A stretch of DNA of 64,000 nt from an uncultured Candidatus Saccharibacteria bacterium (lineage in GTDB: Bacteria; Patescibacteriota; Minisyncoccia; Phycocordibacterales; UBA918), in NCBI GenBank assembly GCA_964552045.1, contig CAZKFF010000006.1, positions 34,657-98,656 of the forward strand, read 5' to 3'. Positions 44,205-54,386 of the stretch are shown in pieces; position 1 is the stretch's first letter; every line of letters starts with the position of its first letter. The notes under the pieces were generated by a model. It was not told the origin of the DNA. It did not search any database and was given only the letters and a program-made list of their open reading frames with translations. A program made the translations under genes and the position numbers.

Positions 44205-45992
44205 ATGAAGCCGCAGATAAGAAATTTCAGCATCATAGCCCATATTGACCATGGGAAGAGCACACTTGCTGACCGTATGCTCGAAGAGACGAAGACCGTC
44301 GAGGCGCGCCTGATGAAGGAACAGGTGCTCGATTCGATGGACCTGGAGCGCGAACGCGGTATCACCATAAAGATGCAGCCAGTACGCATGGCGCATACCT
44401 ACAAAGGTGCGTCGTACGAGCTCAATCTCATTGATACGCCGGGGCATATCGACTTTTCATACGAAGTATCCCGCGCCCTCAATGCAGTTGAGGGTGTGCT
44501 TCTGCTTGTTGATAGCACACAGGGGGTACAGGCGCAGACTCTGAGTGTCCTGCAGATGGCGAAGGATCAGCATCTTACCATCATTCCCGTGCTCACCAAG
44601 GTCGATGTCCCGCACGCCCGTATTGACGAGGTCGGACACGAGCTGCAAACGCTCCTCGGATGTGAGGAGTCATCCATTCTTCGCGTATCGGGGAAGACGG
44701 GGGAGGGGGTCGCCTCATTGCTTGACGCGATCTGTGAGCGCGTACCCGCACCGGAGCTGAAGGAAGACGCCCCTTTACGCGGCCTTGTTTTCGATTTCCA
44801 GTACTCAAACCACCGGGGCATCATCGTCTATCTGCGCATTTTCGATGGGGCGGTCAAGAAGGGTGACCAGCTGAAGTTCGCAGTGAGCGGAAAGACCTTC
44901 CAGGCGCTTGAGGTCGGCATGCTCGCCCCAAGTGAGGTGCCGGTCGGATCGCTTACCTCCGGCGAGATTGGCTATGTTGTAACCGGCATCAAAGAACCGG
45001 GAGTAGCCTCGGTAGGAGATACTATTATTTTTGAAAAGAGCGCTTCAGAGCCGCTTCCCGGGTACAAAGAAGCGCGGCCGGTGGTATGGGCGTCAGTGTT
45101 TCCTGAGAGCCAGGATGACTTCACCATCCTTCGCCAGGCGCTTGACCGGCTGAAGCTTTCGGACTCATCACTGTCGTATGAAGAAGAGTCTTCGGGAGTG
45201 CTCGGTCGGGGGTTCCGATGCGGCTTTTTGGGCATGCTCCATCTTGAGATCATCACCGAGCGTCTGCGGCGGGAATTCAATGTTGAACTGATCATCACGG
45301 CGCCATCCATTTCATATGAGATAACCGACCCCGAACATGGTGTTGAGGAGATATATGCCGCGTCTCGCTTTCCGGATTTTCATGACAAGGTAACAGTGCG
45401 CGAGCCATGGATACTTGCGCAGATCATCATGCCGCCCGACTATATGGGGAACGTCATGACGCTCTTGTACGACCATGAAGCGACCGTGCTGGAGACAGAG
45501 GTGTTCGGGGATGGTCGAACACTTTTGACTGCGGAAATGCCGCTGCGTGAGCTGATGCGCGGCTTCTTTGATAAACTCAAGAACGCTTCAAGCGGCTATG
45601 CATCACTCTCGTACGAGATCGCGGAGATGCGTCCGGCATCGGTCGCCCGGCTTGATGTGTTCGTCGCCGAAGAGCTTGTACCGGCCTTCTCACGGGTTGT
45701 CGGCATCCGCAGAGCGGAGACCGAAGCGAAAGCGGTCGTTGAAAAACTCTACAATACGCTGCCGCGCCAGATGTTCGTCGTTAAGATACAGGCGAAAACG
45801 CTCGGACGCATCGTAGCGTCCCGCTCGCTGTCTGCGATGAAGAAGGATGTGACCGGGTACCTGTACGGCGGCGATATCACTCGCAAGATGAAGCTGCGCG
45901 AGAAGCAGAAGAAGGGGAAGAAACGGATGCTCGCCTACGGTAAGGTCAATATTCCTCCTGAGGTATTCATGAAAATGGTAAAAGAAGACTAA
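44205..45992 (+). CDS. lepA: Elongation factor 4
   Basis: RNFSIIAHIDHGKSTLADR, GFRCGFLGMLH, YGGDITRKMKL. Confidence 0.97.
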   Translation: MKPQIRNFSIIAHIDHGKSTLADRMLEETKTVEARLMKEQVLDSMDLERERGITIKMQPVRMAHTYKGASYELNLIDTPGHIDFSYEVSRALNAVEGVLLLVDSTQGVQAQTLSVLQMAKDQHLTIIPVLTKVDVPHARIDEVGHELQTLLGCEESSILRVSGKTGEGVASLLDAICERVPAPELKEDAPLRGLVFDFQYSNHRGIIVYLRIFDGAVKKGDQLKFAVSGKTFQALEVGMLAPSEVPVGSLTSGEIGYVVTGIKEPGVASVGDTIIFEKSASEPLPGYKEARPVVWASVFPESQDDFTILRQALDRLKLSDSSLSYEEESSGVLGRGFRCGFLGMLHLEIITERLRREFNVELIITAPSISYEITDPEHGVEEIYAASRFPDFHDKVTVREPWILAQIIMPPDYMGNVMTLLYDHEATVLETEVFGDGRTLLTAEMPLRELMRGFFDKLKNASSGYASLSYEIAEMRPASVARLDVFVAEELVPAFSRVVGIRRAETEAKAVVEKLYNTLPRQMFVVKIQAKTLGRIVASRSLSAMKKDVTGYLYGGDITRKMKLREKQKKGKKRMLAYGKVNIPPEVFMKMVKED

Positions 45993-46140
45993 ATGTCTTC
46001 TTTTACGACTTTGACTGATATTTCTGGAAGAATGAACAGAAATATCGACAAAGTGTACAGCTCCTGTAAGGAGGAAGAGCGACGGCCGCTGTAAGCGGAA
46101 GAAGACCAAAAAAGAGCCGGACGCAGGTCCGGCTCTTTTC

Positions 46141-46263
46141 CTAGAAGAAGCTTCCGCTTCCGCCGGAATAGGCGAAGATCATGCTGAGTATAATGAGTAT
46201 GGCAATGGTTATCCAGACCCATTTAATGGTTGATTTGGTCCGTTTGTGGAAAAGAAAGCTCAT
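46141..46263 (-). CDS. 40-aa single-TM protein (not in the ORF track)
   Basis: MSFLFHKRTKSTIKWVWITIAILIILSMIFAYSGGSGSFF*; own terminator at 46110-46139. Confidence 0.65.
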   Translation of the reverse strand: MSFLFHKRTKSTIKWVWITIAILIILSMIFAYSGGSGSFF

Positions 46264-46310
46264 GAAGCAGTACGTTATCGTTTCATTAAAGAATGATAAG
46301 ATAATACCAT

Positions 46311-46676
46311 ATGGCGAGCTTTGGAAAAAAGAAGAGATTCACAGAGTATCTGTACTCCAAACCAAGCCTTTTTCTTCTGGGCATCCTCATTATTTTCCTC
46401 AGCATCGCGGTGTACGCCCGGTTTACCGTGGAGCGTGAGATGGCAGCACGGCAATACGAAACCGAACAGAAGAAAGCGGAGCTTTTGGAACGAAAAGGGG
46501 AATTGCAGGAACGCGTGGAGTATCTCTCAGGAGAGCGGGGCATTGAGGAAGAGATACGGAAGCATTTTGATGTTGCAAAAGAGGGGGAACAGGTGGTGAT
46601 CATTGTCGGAGAGGAGAAAGAAGAAGCACCGCAACCACCGGTCGCACCCCCGAAACCCTGGTACCAATTTTGGTAA
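46311..46676 (+). CDS. Septum formation initiator (FtsB/DivIC-like)
   Basis: TM, coiled coil, IEEEIRKHFDVAKEGEQV. Confidence 0.85.
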   Translation: MASFGKKKRFTEYLYSKPSLFLLGILIIFLSIAVYARFTVEREMAARQYETEQKKAELLERKGELQERVEYLSGERGIEEEIRKHFDVAKEGEQVVIIVGEEKEEAPQPPVAPPKPWYQFW

Positions 46677-46724
46677 AAAACCAGTGCGTGCTTCCTTTTT
46701 TGAAGGATGGTATACTATAGCCCT

Positions 46725-46961
46725 ATGGAAAAAACAGTAACAATTTACAGTACTCCTGTGTGCCATTTTTGTCAGGCAGCAAAGGAGTACTTTAAGGAGA
46801 ACAATGTCTCATACACTGAATTCGATGTTGCTTCGGACCAGGCAAAACGCCAGGAGATGATCGAAATGACCGGGCAAATGGGTGTGCCAGTCATCCGTAT
46901 CGACAATGATGTTGTCGTCGGGTTTGATGAAGACAAGGTCAAGGAGCTTTTGACCGTATAA
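46725..46961 (+). CDS. Glutaredoxin/NrdH-like redoxin
   Basis: YSTPVCHFC, GQMGVPVI, GFD. Confidence 0.92.
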   Translation: MEKTVTIYSTPVCHFCQAAKEYFKENNVSYTEFDVASDQAKRQEMIEMTGQMGVPVIRIDNDVVVGFDEDKVKELLTV

Positions 46962-47037
46962 TCCCTCAAAAAAGACCAAAAAGAGGACATATCCCCCGTG
47001 GGAATATGTCCTCTTTTTGTGGTACAGTAACCGACAC

Positions 47038-47109
47038 GCTTTCATAGTTCAATGGATAGAACAACTCCGTCCTAAGGAGGAAATCCTGGTTCGATTCCGG
47101 GTGAGAGCA
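47038..47109 (+). tRNA. tRNA-Arg(CCT)
   Basis: GCTTTCA/TGAGAGC acceptor, GTCCTAA loop, GGTTCGATTCC. Confidence 0.9.
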
Positions 47110-47359
47110 CAAAACGAGAAAAAGCTCCCTGCGGAGCTTTTTCTCGTTTTGTGAAGCGGAGACATGTTTTTTGCTCTTCCTTGAGCAAAAACGGTCGAGC
47201 TGGGGCAGCACATACTTATGAGCGTAAGCGAATTAGTGATCTGCGCCAACAAGGTTGCGAGTACTTAGGATCTGAAGAGTAAAGCACTGGATCATTCCTA
47301 GTAACTCATGGCCACACGCATCTACAAAGACCAAAATAACGTCTGCTATAATAATCCCC

Positions 47360-47662
47360 ATGGAAAATGAAAATGCTCATGTGGAGCTTAAACAGCTGAT
47401 CCTGGAAAACACTGCATTGATCAAGGAGAATAACAGACTTTTGCGCAAGATCCACCGCAATGGGCTCATGGAATTCTGGACCCGGGTCGTATGGTATATC
47501 CTGCTCATTGGATTGCCGTTCGCACTCTATTTCTATGTGCTCGAGCCGTACTTTACGGCCATGGGTTCCTCGTACGAGACGTTCAGTGCGGGTATGCAGG
47601 AGATACCCGGCTGGAAGCAATTCACTGAGACTGTTGAAGCCATCAAGGCAGGGGAACGATAG
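47360..47662 (+). CDS. Hypothetical membrane protein
   Basis: ENN.LLRKIHR then one TM helix; TATAAT 7 nt upstream. Confidence 0.65.
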   Translation: MENENAHVELKQLILENTALIKENNRLLRKIHRNGLMEFWTRVVWYILLIGLPFALYFYVLEPYFTAMGSSYETFSAGMQEIPGWKQFTETVEAIKAGER

Positions 47663-47722
47663 CATTTGAAAAAAGCTCAAAAATGGGTACAATAGCACGG
47701 CTATATGGAAGTATAGTCCGAC

Positions 47723-47795
47723 GCTCAGATAGCTCAGTTGGTAGAGCATTCCCCTGAAGAGGGAAGGGTCGTCAGTTCGAGCCTGACTCTGAGCA
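47723..47795 (+). tRNA. tRNA-Phe(GAA)
   Basis: GCTCAGA/TCTGAGC acceptor, TTCCC-CTGAAGA-GGGAA. Confidence 0.95.
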
Positions 47796-48071
47796 CAACG
47801 ACAGAACAGAAAACACCCATTCTTAAGAATGGGTGTTTTCTGTTCTAGCAAGCAAAAGGCTTTGCTTGCGTGCCGTTGTGCTGACCGCAGCGATGCCGGA
47901 GGCGAGCGAGGTGGGGTCGAGAGTACTTGCTAGAATTGGAGCTTTGCGAACAATTATAGTTAGTAACTCGTGACCACCAATAATGAGAAAATTGCTTAGA
48001 AACTCGTGTCGAGCCTGTTTTTTGCTTAGTAACTCGTGACCGCGCCTGATTCTGAGCTGTATAATTCGGTT

Positions 48072-48509
48072 ATGAGTGAAATTTATCTGCTCCGTCATGG
48101 TGCGTACGAAGAAGGAGAATCGACTTTAAATAGTAGAGGGATTAAACAGATAAAAACTGTTATTGAATATCTCAGAGAAGCAGTTTCTAAACTTGAAATT
48201 TTTTCTTCATCCGGACCACGAGCGATTCAGACGGCTCACCTTATTGCCGATGAGTTCCAGATATCAGTACAAGTAGTATCTTGGCTAAACAAAACTGTTG
48301 ATTTCCAAAAATTAGATTTAGAGTCAAAAGTATCTGAGAGTACTAATTTAAATCAAGTGTTACTTGTAACTAGTGGGGAATTTATTCATAACTACATCGA
48401 AAATTTTTTCGCATTGAATCAAGTCCAAAATCCTCTGAAACCACTTGTTAAAGGTGAAGTGATACTCTGTAAATTAAGTAAACAGGATTTTTTTGTCAGA
48501 TATTTTTAA
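48072..48509 (+). CDS. Histidine phosphatase family (SixA-like), AT-rich
   Basis: IYLLRHG, L...G..Q, SS...RAIQTA. Confidence 0.75.
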   Translation: MSEIYLLRHGAYEEGESTLNSRGIKQIKTVIEYLREAVSKLEIFSSSGPRAIQTAHLIADEFQISVQVVSWLNKTVDFQKLDLESKVSESTNLNQVLLVTSGEFIHNYIENFFALNQVQNPLKPLVKGEVILCKLSKQDFFVRYF

Positions 48510-48538
48510 TTTTAAAAACCACCTTTCGGTGGTCCTTG

Positions 48539-49048
48539 TTACTTCAACGGTGCGTGTGGCTTCACTTTGAGCCGTGTGCTGCGTCCTTTATCAACTTTTG
48601 GCAACCGTATTTCGAGGAGCCCATGTTTTTCCTGCGCCTCCGCCTCATCAATGACAACTTCTTCAGGAAGAAGAAGTGTACGGGAGAATGAGCCCCAGAA
48701 CAGCTCTCGATGATAATAGTCATCATTTGATGCCTCTTTGTATTCTTCGCGTGAGCCTTTGATGGTCACCATGTCGCGCGTGATCGCAATATCAAGGTCG
48801 TCAGGGGAAACGCCGGCCACAAGTGCGCGGATAACAATAGCATCACCCGTCTGGTACATATCAACTGGGAGCTCACCATCCTGATTCTCATCATCGTCCG
48901 GACCCTCCTGTCCGTGCCACTCGGATTCGTCCTCGTACTGGGAGGCGGACTCTTCCTCACCGAACTCATGCTCATCATCAAGGACGTCATCGTATGCGTC
49001 GGCTTTGACTGAACCGGTGAGCCGTTCTAGAAATGATGGTTTTTTCAT
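48539..49048 (-). CDS. Hsp20/alpha-crystallin chaperone
   Basis: VDMYQT, ELFWGSFSR...LP, GLLEIRLPK. Confidence 0.92.
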   Translation of the reverse strand: MKKPSFLERLTGSVKADAYDDVLDDEHEFGEEESASQYEDESEWHGQEGPDDDENQDGELPVDMYQTGDAIVIRALVAGVSPDDLDIAITRDMVTIKGSREEYKEASNDDYYHRELFWGSFSRTLLLPEEVVIDEAEAQEKHGLLEIRLPKVDKGRSTRLKVKPHAPLK

Positions 49049-49049
49049 G

Positions 49050-49754
49050 TTATTTAATGATGTGCTGCGCATTATGCCGCGCTTCAAGGATCTTCACCTT
49101 CTCAAAGATGAGGAAGAGGACGATGATGCCCATCCATACGAAGAGAAACACGCCTAAAATGGTTTCTCCGCTTGCATCCATTATAAAAAAGTTAAATAGT
49201 GCATGCAATACAATGCCGATGAACAACCCCAATGAACCGAGCGCGAGTTTCGCAGCGCTGCTTTTGAAGAACGCCAGTGCCAGAAATGCGCCCACCGTGC
49301 CTGAGGCGAGTACATGGAGAAGCGTTGCGCCGACAAACCGGAAAAAGCCGGTGAGAGCTGAACCGGTAAAGTCGCCTGTGGTGAGCGGATTGAAAATGAA
49401 CAGGGCGTTCTCCAGGGCAGCAAATCCAAGCGCTATGGTAATCATATAGATGATGACATCAACTGGCTCGTCCACCGCTTTGTTCCAAAGGATCATGAGC
49501 AATGCCGCCGCGTATTTCAGTACCTCCTCGATAATGACCCATATGAAAATAAGGTTTTCTCCATAATATGAATCGAGTGCCAGTTTTTGGAGCGGGAGTG
49601 CCAGCGGTACCACCATCATGCCGCCGATGAATGCAAGGGCGATCAAAAGATACGGCTCAGGGCGTTCCTTGTCTTCGCGGAGCCAGAACCAGAGCCAGAA
49701 AAGGGCGGGCACCAAGCCGCCGAGGAATGCTATCGCAAAATTCGTCGATTCCAT
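49050..49754 (-). CDS. PrsW family intramembrane protease
   Basis: IEEVLK, LGFAALEN, LLH, LHALFN. Confidence 0.9.
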   Translation of the reverse strand: MESTNFAIAFLGGLVPALFWLWFWLREDKERPEPYLLIALAFIGGMMVVPLALPLQKLALDSYYGENLIFIWVIIEEVLKYAAALLMILWNKAVDEPVDVIIYMITIALGFAALENALFIFNPLTTGDFTGSALTGFFRFVGATLLHVLASGTVGAFLALAFFKSSAAKLALGSLGLFIGIVLHALFNFFIMDASGETILGVFLFVWMGIIVLFLIFEKVKILEARHNAQHIIK

Positions 49755-49811
49755 CGCCTCATTGTATCAGCAAAGCACCGCAGACTCTCGTCTGCGGTGC
49801 TTTGCTGTGCA

Positions 49812-52031
49812 TTAGCCTTTGGGCCACGGCGCGACCATGAGCAGTTCAGAATCCTTCATGTGGGAAGGCAATTCTTTCCAGATAGCCTCGGTCACATACG
49901 GCATGAACGGATGCAGTAATTTCAGAGACGTCGTGAGGCAGATGCTCAGTGTCTGCTGTCGGCTTGCTTTGGCCGCTGCATCGTTCCCGTTGAGAATCTC
50001 TTTCGACTCCTCCAGAACCTTGTCTGCGAGCTCGTGCCAGACATAATGATATGTCTTTTCTCCTGCGAGGTAGAGATTGAATTTTTCAATATCATCTGAG
50101 ATATCGTTCACCGTACCAGCAAGCGCACTGAGTATCTCCTGATCGCGGGCGGAAGCCGAGGTTTCTTTAGACGGATCAACGTCTGCTGTATTGGTAAGGA
50201 TGAACCGGCTGATATTCCAGATCTTGTTCGCAAAGTTTTTATAGCCTTTGACCTTGTTCTCCGAGAGCGGCACATCATTTCCCGGAGCAGCGCCGATCAC
50301 GAGGGAAAGCCGGGTAGCATCAGCGCCATATTTTTCGATCATGGTAAGCGGATCAATAGTGTTGCCGAGCGATTTGCTCATCTTGCGATTTTTCTCATCA
50401 CGGACGAGTCCATGTAGGTACACGTTCTTAAACGGCACTTGCCCGAGGTGATAGGTGCTCATAAGTATCATACGCGCCACCCAGAAGAAGAGGATATCGT
50501 ACCCGGTTTCGAGTACGGTTGTCGGGTGGTAGGTCTTTAGGTCGTCTGTCTGTTCCGGCCAGCCGAGCGTTGAAAAGGTCCAGAGTCCCGAGGAGAACCA
50601 GGTGTCGAGCGTATCAGCGTCCTGTACCCAGCCTTCGCCTGCAGGCACTTCAACGCCGCAATAGAGCTCCTCGCCTCTGTACCATACGGGAATACGGTGT
50701 CCAAACCAGATCTGGCGGGAGATGCACCAGTCATTGAGGTTAGTGATCCAATTGAAATACACGCGCTTGAAGCGTTCAGGGAATATATCGGTGCCGCCAT
50801 TCTCAACAGCTGCGGTCATGAGCTCTTTGAGCGTCACCTCAGCTCCGGAAGGGACACCGGGGATTTCTGAGTGCTTCAGGATAAATTTCTTATTGACATT
50901 GATCCACCACTGGAGCTTCGGGAGCGGCTCAATGATGCCGCCGGTCCGTTCCGCGGTCGCAACGTTCTGTGTGATGGTCTCTTCCTTCTCGAGCAGATTT
51001 TCTTCGCGCAGATAGGCGACAACCGCTTCGCGCGCATCGTTCACTTTCAGTCCAAAGAGGCGTCCCTCGACGGTCATCTTTGCATATTCGTTGATCACCT
51101 GCGGGCGTTGCGCAATTGAGTGCCGGTCTGCCATATCCCAGTCGATCTTGCTGTGTGCTGGGGTCACTCCCAGAGCGCCCGTTCCGAATTCTGGATCAAC
51201 TTCTTTATCCGCGATGACCGTGACTGTGATCGGCACGTCGCAGAAGGTAAGTGAGAAGGTCTGTCCGATATATTGCTGGTATCGTTCGTCATCGGGGTGA
51301 ACTGCTACAGCGGTGTCGCCAACCTTTGTCTCGGGGCGTGAGGTTGAAATGGCTATAGGGAAGTCTGCACTGTATGTAAACGTGTAGAGTTTCGACTGGC
51401 GTTCCTCGTAGACGATCTCGTCGTCTGAAATGGTCGTCTGTCCCTTCGGGTCCCAGTTGACGATACGGTTACCGCGATAGATGAGGCCATCGTTGTACAT
51501 GCTCACAAAAGCAGTCATAACTGCCTTGTAACGGGTATCATCGAGTGTGTAGGCATAACGCGACCAGTCCAATGATGAACCCATGCGGCGAGTTTGATTA
51601 AGGATCGTGTCCTTGCTCTGTTCGGCGAATTCGCTTACTCGGCGCAAAAGTTCCTCGCGGCCGAGATCGTGCCGGCTTTTGCCTTCGCTTTTGAGTATCT
51701 CTTTTTCCACCTTTGATTGCGTTGCGATTGCAGCCGAGTCAGTACCCGGGATCCAAAGCGTTTTTTTGCCATTCATACGGTTGTAGCGAACGAGGAGATC
51801 TTCAATAGCCAGCATCGCCGCATGACCCATATGGAGCGTTCCCGTCACATTCGGCGGCGGAAGAACGATGGTGAATGGTTCGGCATCACGCTGTGCAATA
51901 CCTTTTTCAATGCAGACATCGGGATTAAAGAACCCGCTTTCCTCCCAGCGTTTGTAGAGAGCATCTTCATGCTCTGCAGGATCAAAGGGCTTTAAAAATA
52001 CCTCGGGAATAGTGCTTTTTTCATCGCTCAT
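49812..52031 (-). CDS. valS: Valine-tRNA ligase
   Basis: PPPNVTGTLHMGH, DWCISRQIWFGH, LDTWFSS, KMSKS. Confidence 0.97.
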   Translation of the reverse strand: MSDEKSTIPEVFLKPFDPAEHEDALYKRWEESGFFNPDVCIEKGIAQRDAEPFTIVLPPPNVTGTLHMGHAAMLAIEDLLVRYNRMNGKKTLWIPGTDSAAIATQSKVEKEILKSEGKSRHDLGREELLRRVSEFAEQSKDTILNQTRRMGSSLDWSRYAYTLDDTRYKAVMTAFVSMYNDGLIYRGNRIVNWDPKGQTTISDDEIVYEERQSKLYTFTYSADFPIAISTSRPETKVGDTAVAVHPDDERYQQYIGQTFSLTFCDVPITVTVIADKEVDPEFGTGALGVTPAHSKIDWDMADRHSIAQRPQVINEYAKMTVEGRLFGLKVNDAREAVVAYLREENLLEKEETITQNVATAERTGGIIEPLPKLQWWINVNKKFILKHSEIPGVPSGAEVTLKELMTAAVENGGTDIFPERFKRVYFNWITNLNDWCISRQIWFGHRIPVWYRGEELYCGVEVPAGEGWVQDADTLDTWFSSGLWTFSTLGWPEQTDDLKTYHPTTVLETGYDILFFWVARMILMSTYHLGQVPFKNVYLHGLVRDEKNRKMSKSLGNTIDPLTMIEKYGADATRLSLVIGAAPGNDVPLSENKVKGYKNFANKIWNISRFILTNTADVDPSKETSASARDQEILSALAGTVNDISDDIEKFNLYLAGEKTYHYVWHELADKVLEESKEILNGNDAAAKASRQQTLSICLTTSLKLLHPFMPYVTEAIWKELPSHMKDSELLMVAPWPKG

Positions 52032-52076
52032 GATAAAAGCGATAGTAGCACGAAAAAATCCCTTATTGAAGGGCTT

Positions 52077-53249
52077 TTAAAGCGACTTGTTGCCGTCTGC
52101 TTTGATGAGGGCTATTGCTCCAGCAGTGCTTGCATGTTCCTTGTGGGCGTGTCCGGCAAGCGCGATCATAATGCTGTTGTCGGTTGAGAGCTTCGGCTGC
52201 GGAATATAGACCTCGACATCCGGATGTGAGGTGAGCAATTCGCTTTGGAAGGTGCGGCGGATGTATTCATTGGCACTGACTCCGCCGCCGATGATGAGCG
52301 TTGCAGCTCCGTATTGGGTGAGCGCATCTCTGGTCTTTTTCAAAAGCACCTCAGCGACAGTATCCTCGAAATCGCGGCAGAGCGCTTTTACTTCGTCTTC
52401 AGTCAGTTCCTTTCCTTCAATCGCATACCGCACGGATGTTTTGAGTCCCGAAAAAGAAAAGTTGAGGTCGTGTGAATTGAGCATCGGCCGTGGGAGGTCA
52501 TGCTTGTACGGTGGCAGGTTCCGTTCGCGGGCCTCTTTTGCTTTTTTGCTTATTTCTGGTCCGCCGGGATAGGGAAGCCCCAGCATACGAGCAACCTTGT
52601 CAAATGCTTCGCCGACCGCATCGTCTTTGGTCTGTCCGACTTTTTCATACGCCACCCAATCTTTGAGCAGAACCAGTTCCGTGTGTCCACCTGAAATAAG
52701 GAGCGCGAGCGCGGGAAATGAAACGGGTGCAAGCGCATTGTCCTCGACAACGTCGAAAAGAGAAGCCAGGATATGGCCTTCCATGTGATTGATGGGCACC
52801 ACCGGTGCCTTCAGGATCGCGCCGAGCGCTTTGGCGAAGTTGATTCCAACCCATAAGGCCGGTTCAAGCCCTGGTCCTGAAGTGACTGCAATAAGGTCGA
52901 TCCTCGGTATCTCGTATGTCTCAAAAAACTCTATAAGCTCCACGGCCAGCCCTTCTTCACGTTCAAGAGTCTTTTCGAGTTTTTCTCTGAGCGGCGCATC
53001 AAGCGATTGCTCGGTCGCTGATAAAAGTTCCGCCTCTTGCAGTGCCTGCTTCAACATGGGTACGACAGTTTTGATGTGCTCGCGCTTAGCGAGCGCAGGG
53101 AACACACCCCCGTATTCCTTATGGGTTTCAATTTGTGAATAGAGCGCATTGCCGATGATTTCGTAGGTGGCGTCAGGAAATTCACCCGTTGCCTCAACAA
53201 CGCTCACTGCTGTCTCATCGCAGGATGTCTCTATGCTCAAAATACGCAT
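52077..53249 (-). CDS. tsaD: tRNA t6A transferase TsaD
   Basis: IETSCDET, GPGL, NHMEGH, ISGGHT, DDAVGEAFDK, TDNSIM. Confidence 0.95.
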   Translation of the reverse strand: MRILSIETSCDETAVSVVEATGEFPDATYEIIGNALYSQIETHKEYGGVFPALAKREHIKTVVPMLKQALQEAELLSATEQSLDAPLREKLEKTLEREEGLAVELIEFFETYEIPRIDLIAVTSGPGLEPALWVGINFAKALGAILKAPVVPINHMEGHILASLFDVVEDNALAPVSFPALALLISGGHTELVLLKDWVAYEKVGQTKDDAVGEAFDKVARMLGLPYPGGPEISKKAKEARERNLPPYKHDLPRPMLNSHDLNFSFSGLKTSVRYAIEGKELTEDEVKALCRDFEDTVAEVLLKKTRDALTQYGAATLIIGGGVSANEYIRRTFQSELLTSHPDVEVYIPQPKLSTDNSIMIALAGHAHKEHASTAGAIALIKADGNKSL

Positions 53250-53269
53250 AAAAAGCACTCTACCTTATT

Positions 53270-54124
53270 TTAGAGAAAAGTGAATGGAAGATCGCTAAAC
53301 GACTCTACACGTATACTTGAAGCGTTCTTATGTCCGCCGCCGCCGTACTTTTCGGCCATTGCTCGTACATCAACATCCCCGTTGCTCCGCAGCGAGCAGT
53401 GCACCTGCCCGTCGTAGCGGTAGTATACGATGGCCATTTCGATACCGCCCTCCGTGCCGTTAAGGTTTGACAGTTCGTGTGCGACTATCGAACGGTATAT
53501 GCGCGCGCAGTTCACTGCATATATCTCATGCCCTTCAAACAGCACCTTCTCGCGGAATCCGAGAAGTTTCTGCACGAGCTTGTCCTCAAACCCGGCAATG
53601 GCAGCTCCGTGCGATATGAACTTATTAAAAAGCTCCCGGTCCTCGAGATTTTTATTAAGCTGATCCCACGTTTCAAAATCCTGGGTATATTCTCCGAGTG
53701 CCGCGCCGAACTCCCGGTTGAATTCCATCCTGAATCTCCAGAGGTCGTGGTCCTCGATGTACAGCAACAGCTTCGGCACTTCGGTTTCCGGATGGAAATA
53801 CTGCCATGCAAGCACCGCCCCGGAATGGTTCATGTCAAAGACATTGCCCTCAAACGAGGTCACCGCTTCTCTTGCAGTTTCGTGATGATCAATGACGACA
53901 ACGGACTTGTTGTGATGCCGGAGTAGCTCGAGATCAGGCTTCTTGTAGCTGTAATCGACGATGTATATTTCTTTGCCCTGGAGTCCTTCGGGAACCGGAT
54001 CCTGGGTCTTGCGGGGGATATAGCTCGCGGCATCGCCAAATTTCTTCCAGGCTGCGTAGGCTGCGCCAAATCCGTCGCGGCACTGGTCATGGTAGATGAC
54101 CACGATCTTCTTTAAATTTTGCAT
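53270..54124 (-). CDS. DHH/DHHA1 phosphoesterase
   Basis: YH..C.DG, IVD, IDHH, SLRS, GGGGH. Confidence 0.9.
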   Translation of the reverse strand: MQNLKKIVVIYHDQCRDGFGAAYAAWKKFGDAASYIPRKTQDPVPEGLQGKEIYIVDYSYKKPDLELLRHHNKSVVVIDHHETAREAVTSFEGNVFDMNHSGAVLAWQYFHPETEVPKLLLYIEDHDLWRFRMEFNREFGAALGEYTQDFETWDQLNKNLEDRELFNKFISHGAAIAGFEDKLVQKLLGFREKVLFEGHEIYAVNCARIYRSIVAHELSNLNGTEGGIEMAIVYYRYDGQVHCSLRSNGDVDVRAMAEKYGGGGHKNASSIRVESFSDLPFTFL

Positions 54125-54386
54125 GGAAAGAAGTATAGCATTTCAGGGCTTGATTCACGGCGATTATGAAGTAGTCACAAGTTACTAATTATTTAAGTCC
54201 AAGTATTCCTTAAATAATAAGTACTCGCGACCCCGCCTCGCTCATACATATCGCTGCAACTCGCACCTATTTTCAATCGCGAAGCGATTGACCTGCCACG
54301 CGCAGCGCGCGTGGTGATACTAACTTTCTGCGTACGCATTGGAGATTGATTGCGCCTCGGGTGCGTGCTCCGCTAACGCTCCGCAC

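Noticed and set aside
45989-46222. Minus-strand 77-aa ORF ending ILPEISVKVVKEDI, resembling the LepA C-terminus
   Set aside because: Largely explained by the inverted copy of the lepA end; the ORF crosses a terminator and the real gene is the 40-aa ORF in another frame
49812-53249. Short ValRS (no C-terminal coiled coil) and an insertion of about 30 aa in TsaD
   Set aside because: Catalytic motifs are intact; consistent with lineage-level variation rather than pseudogenes
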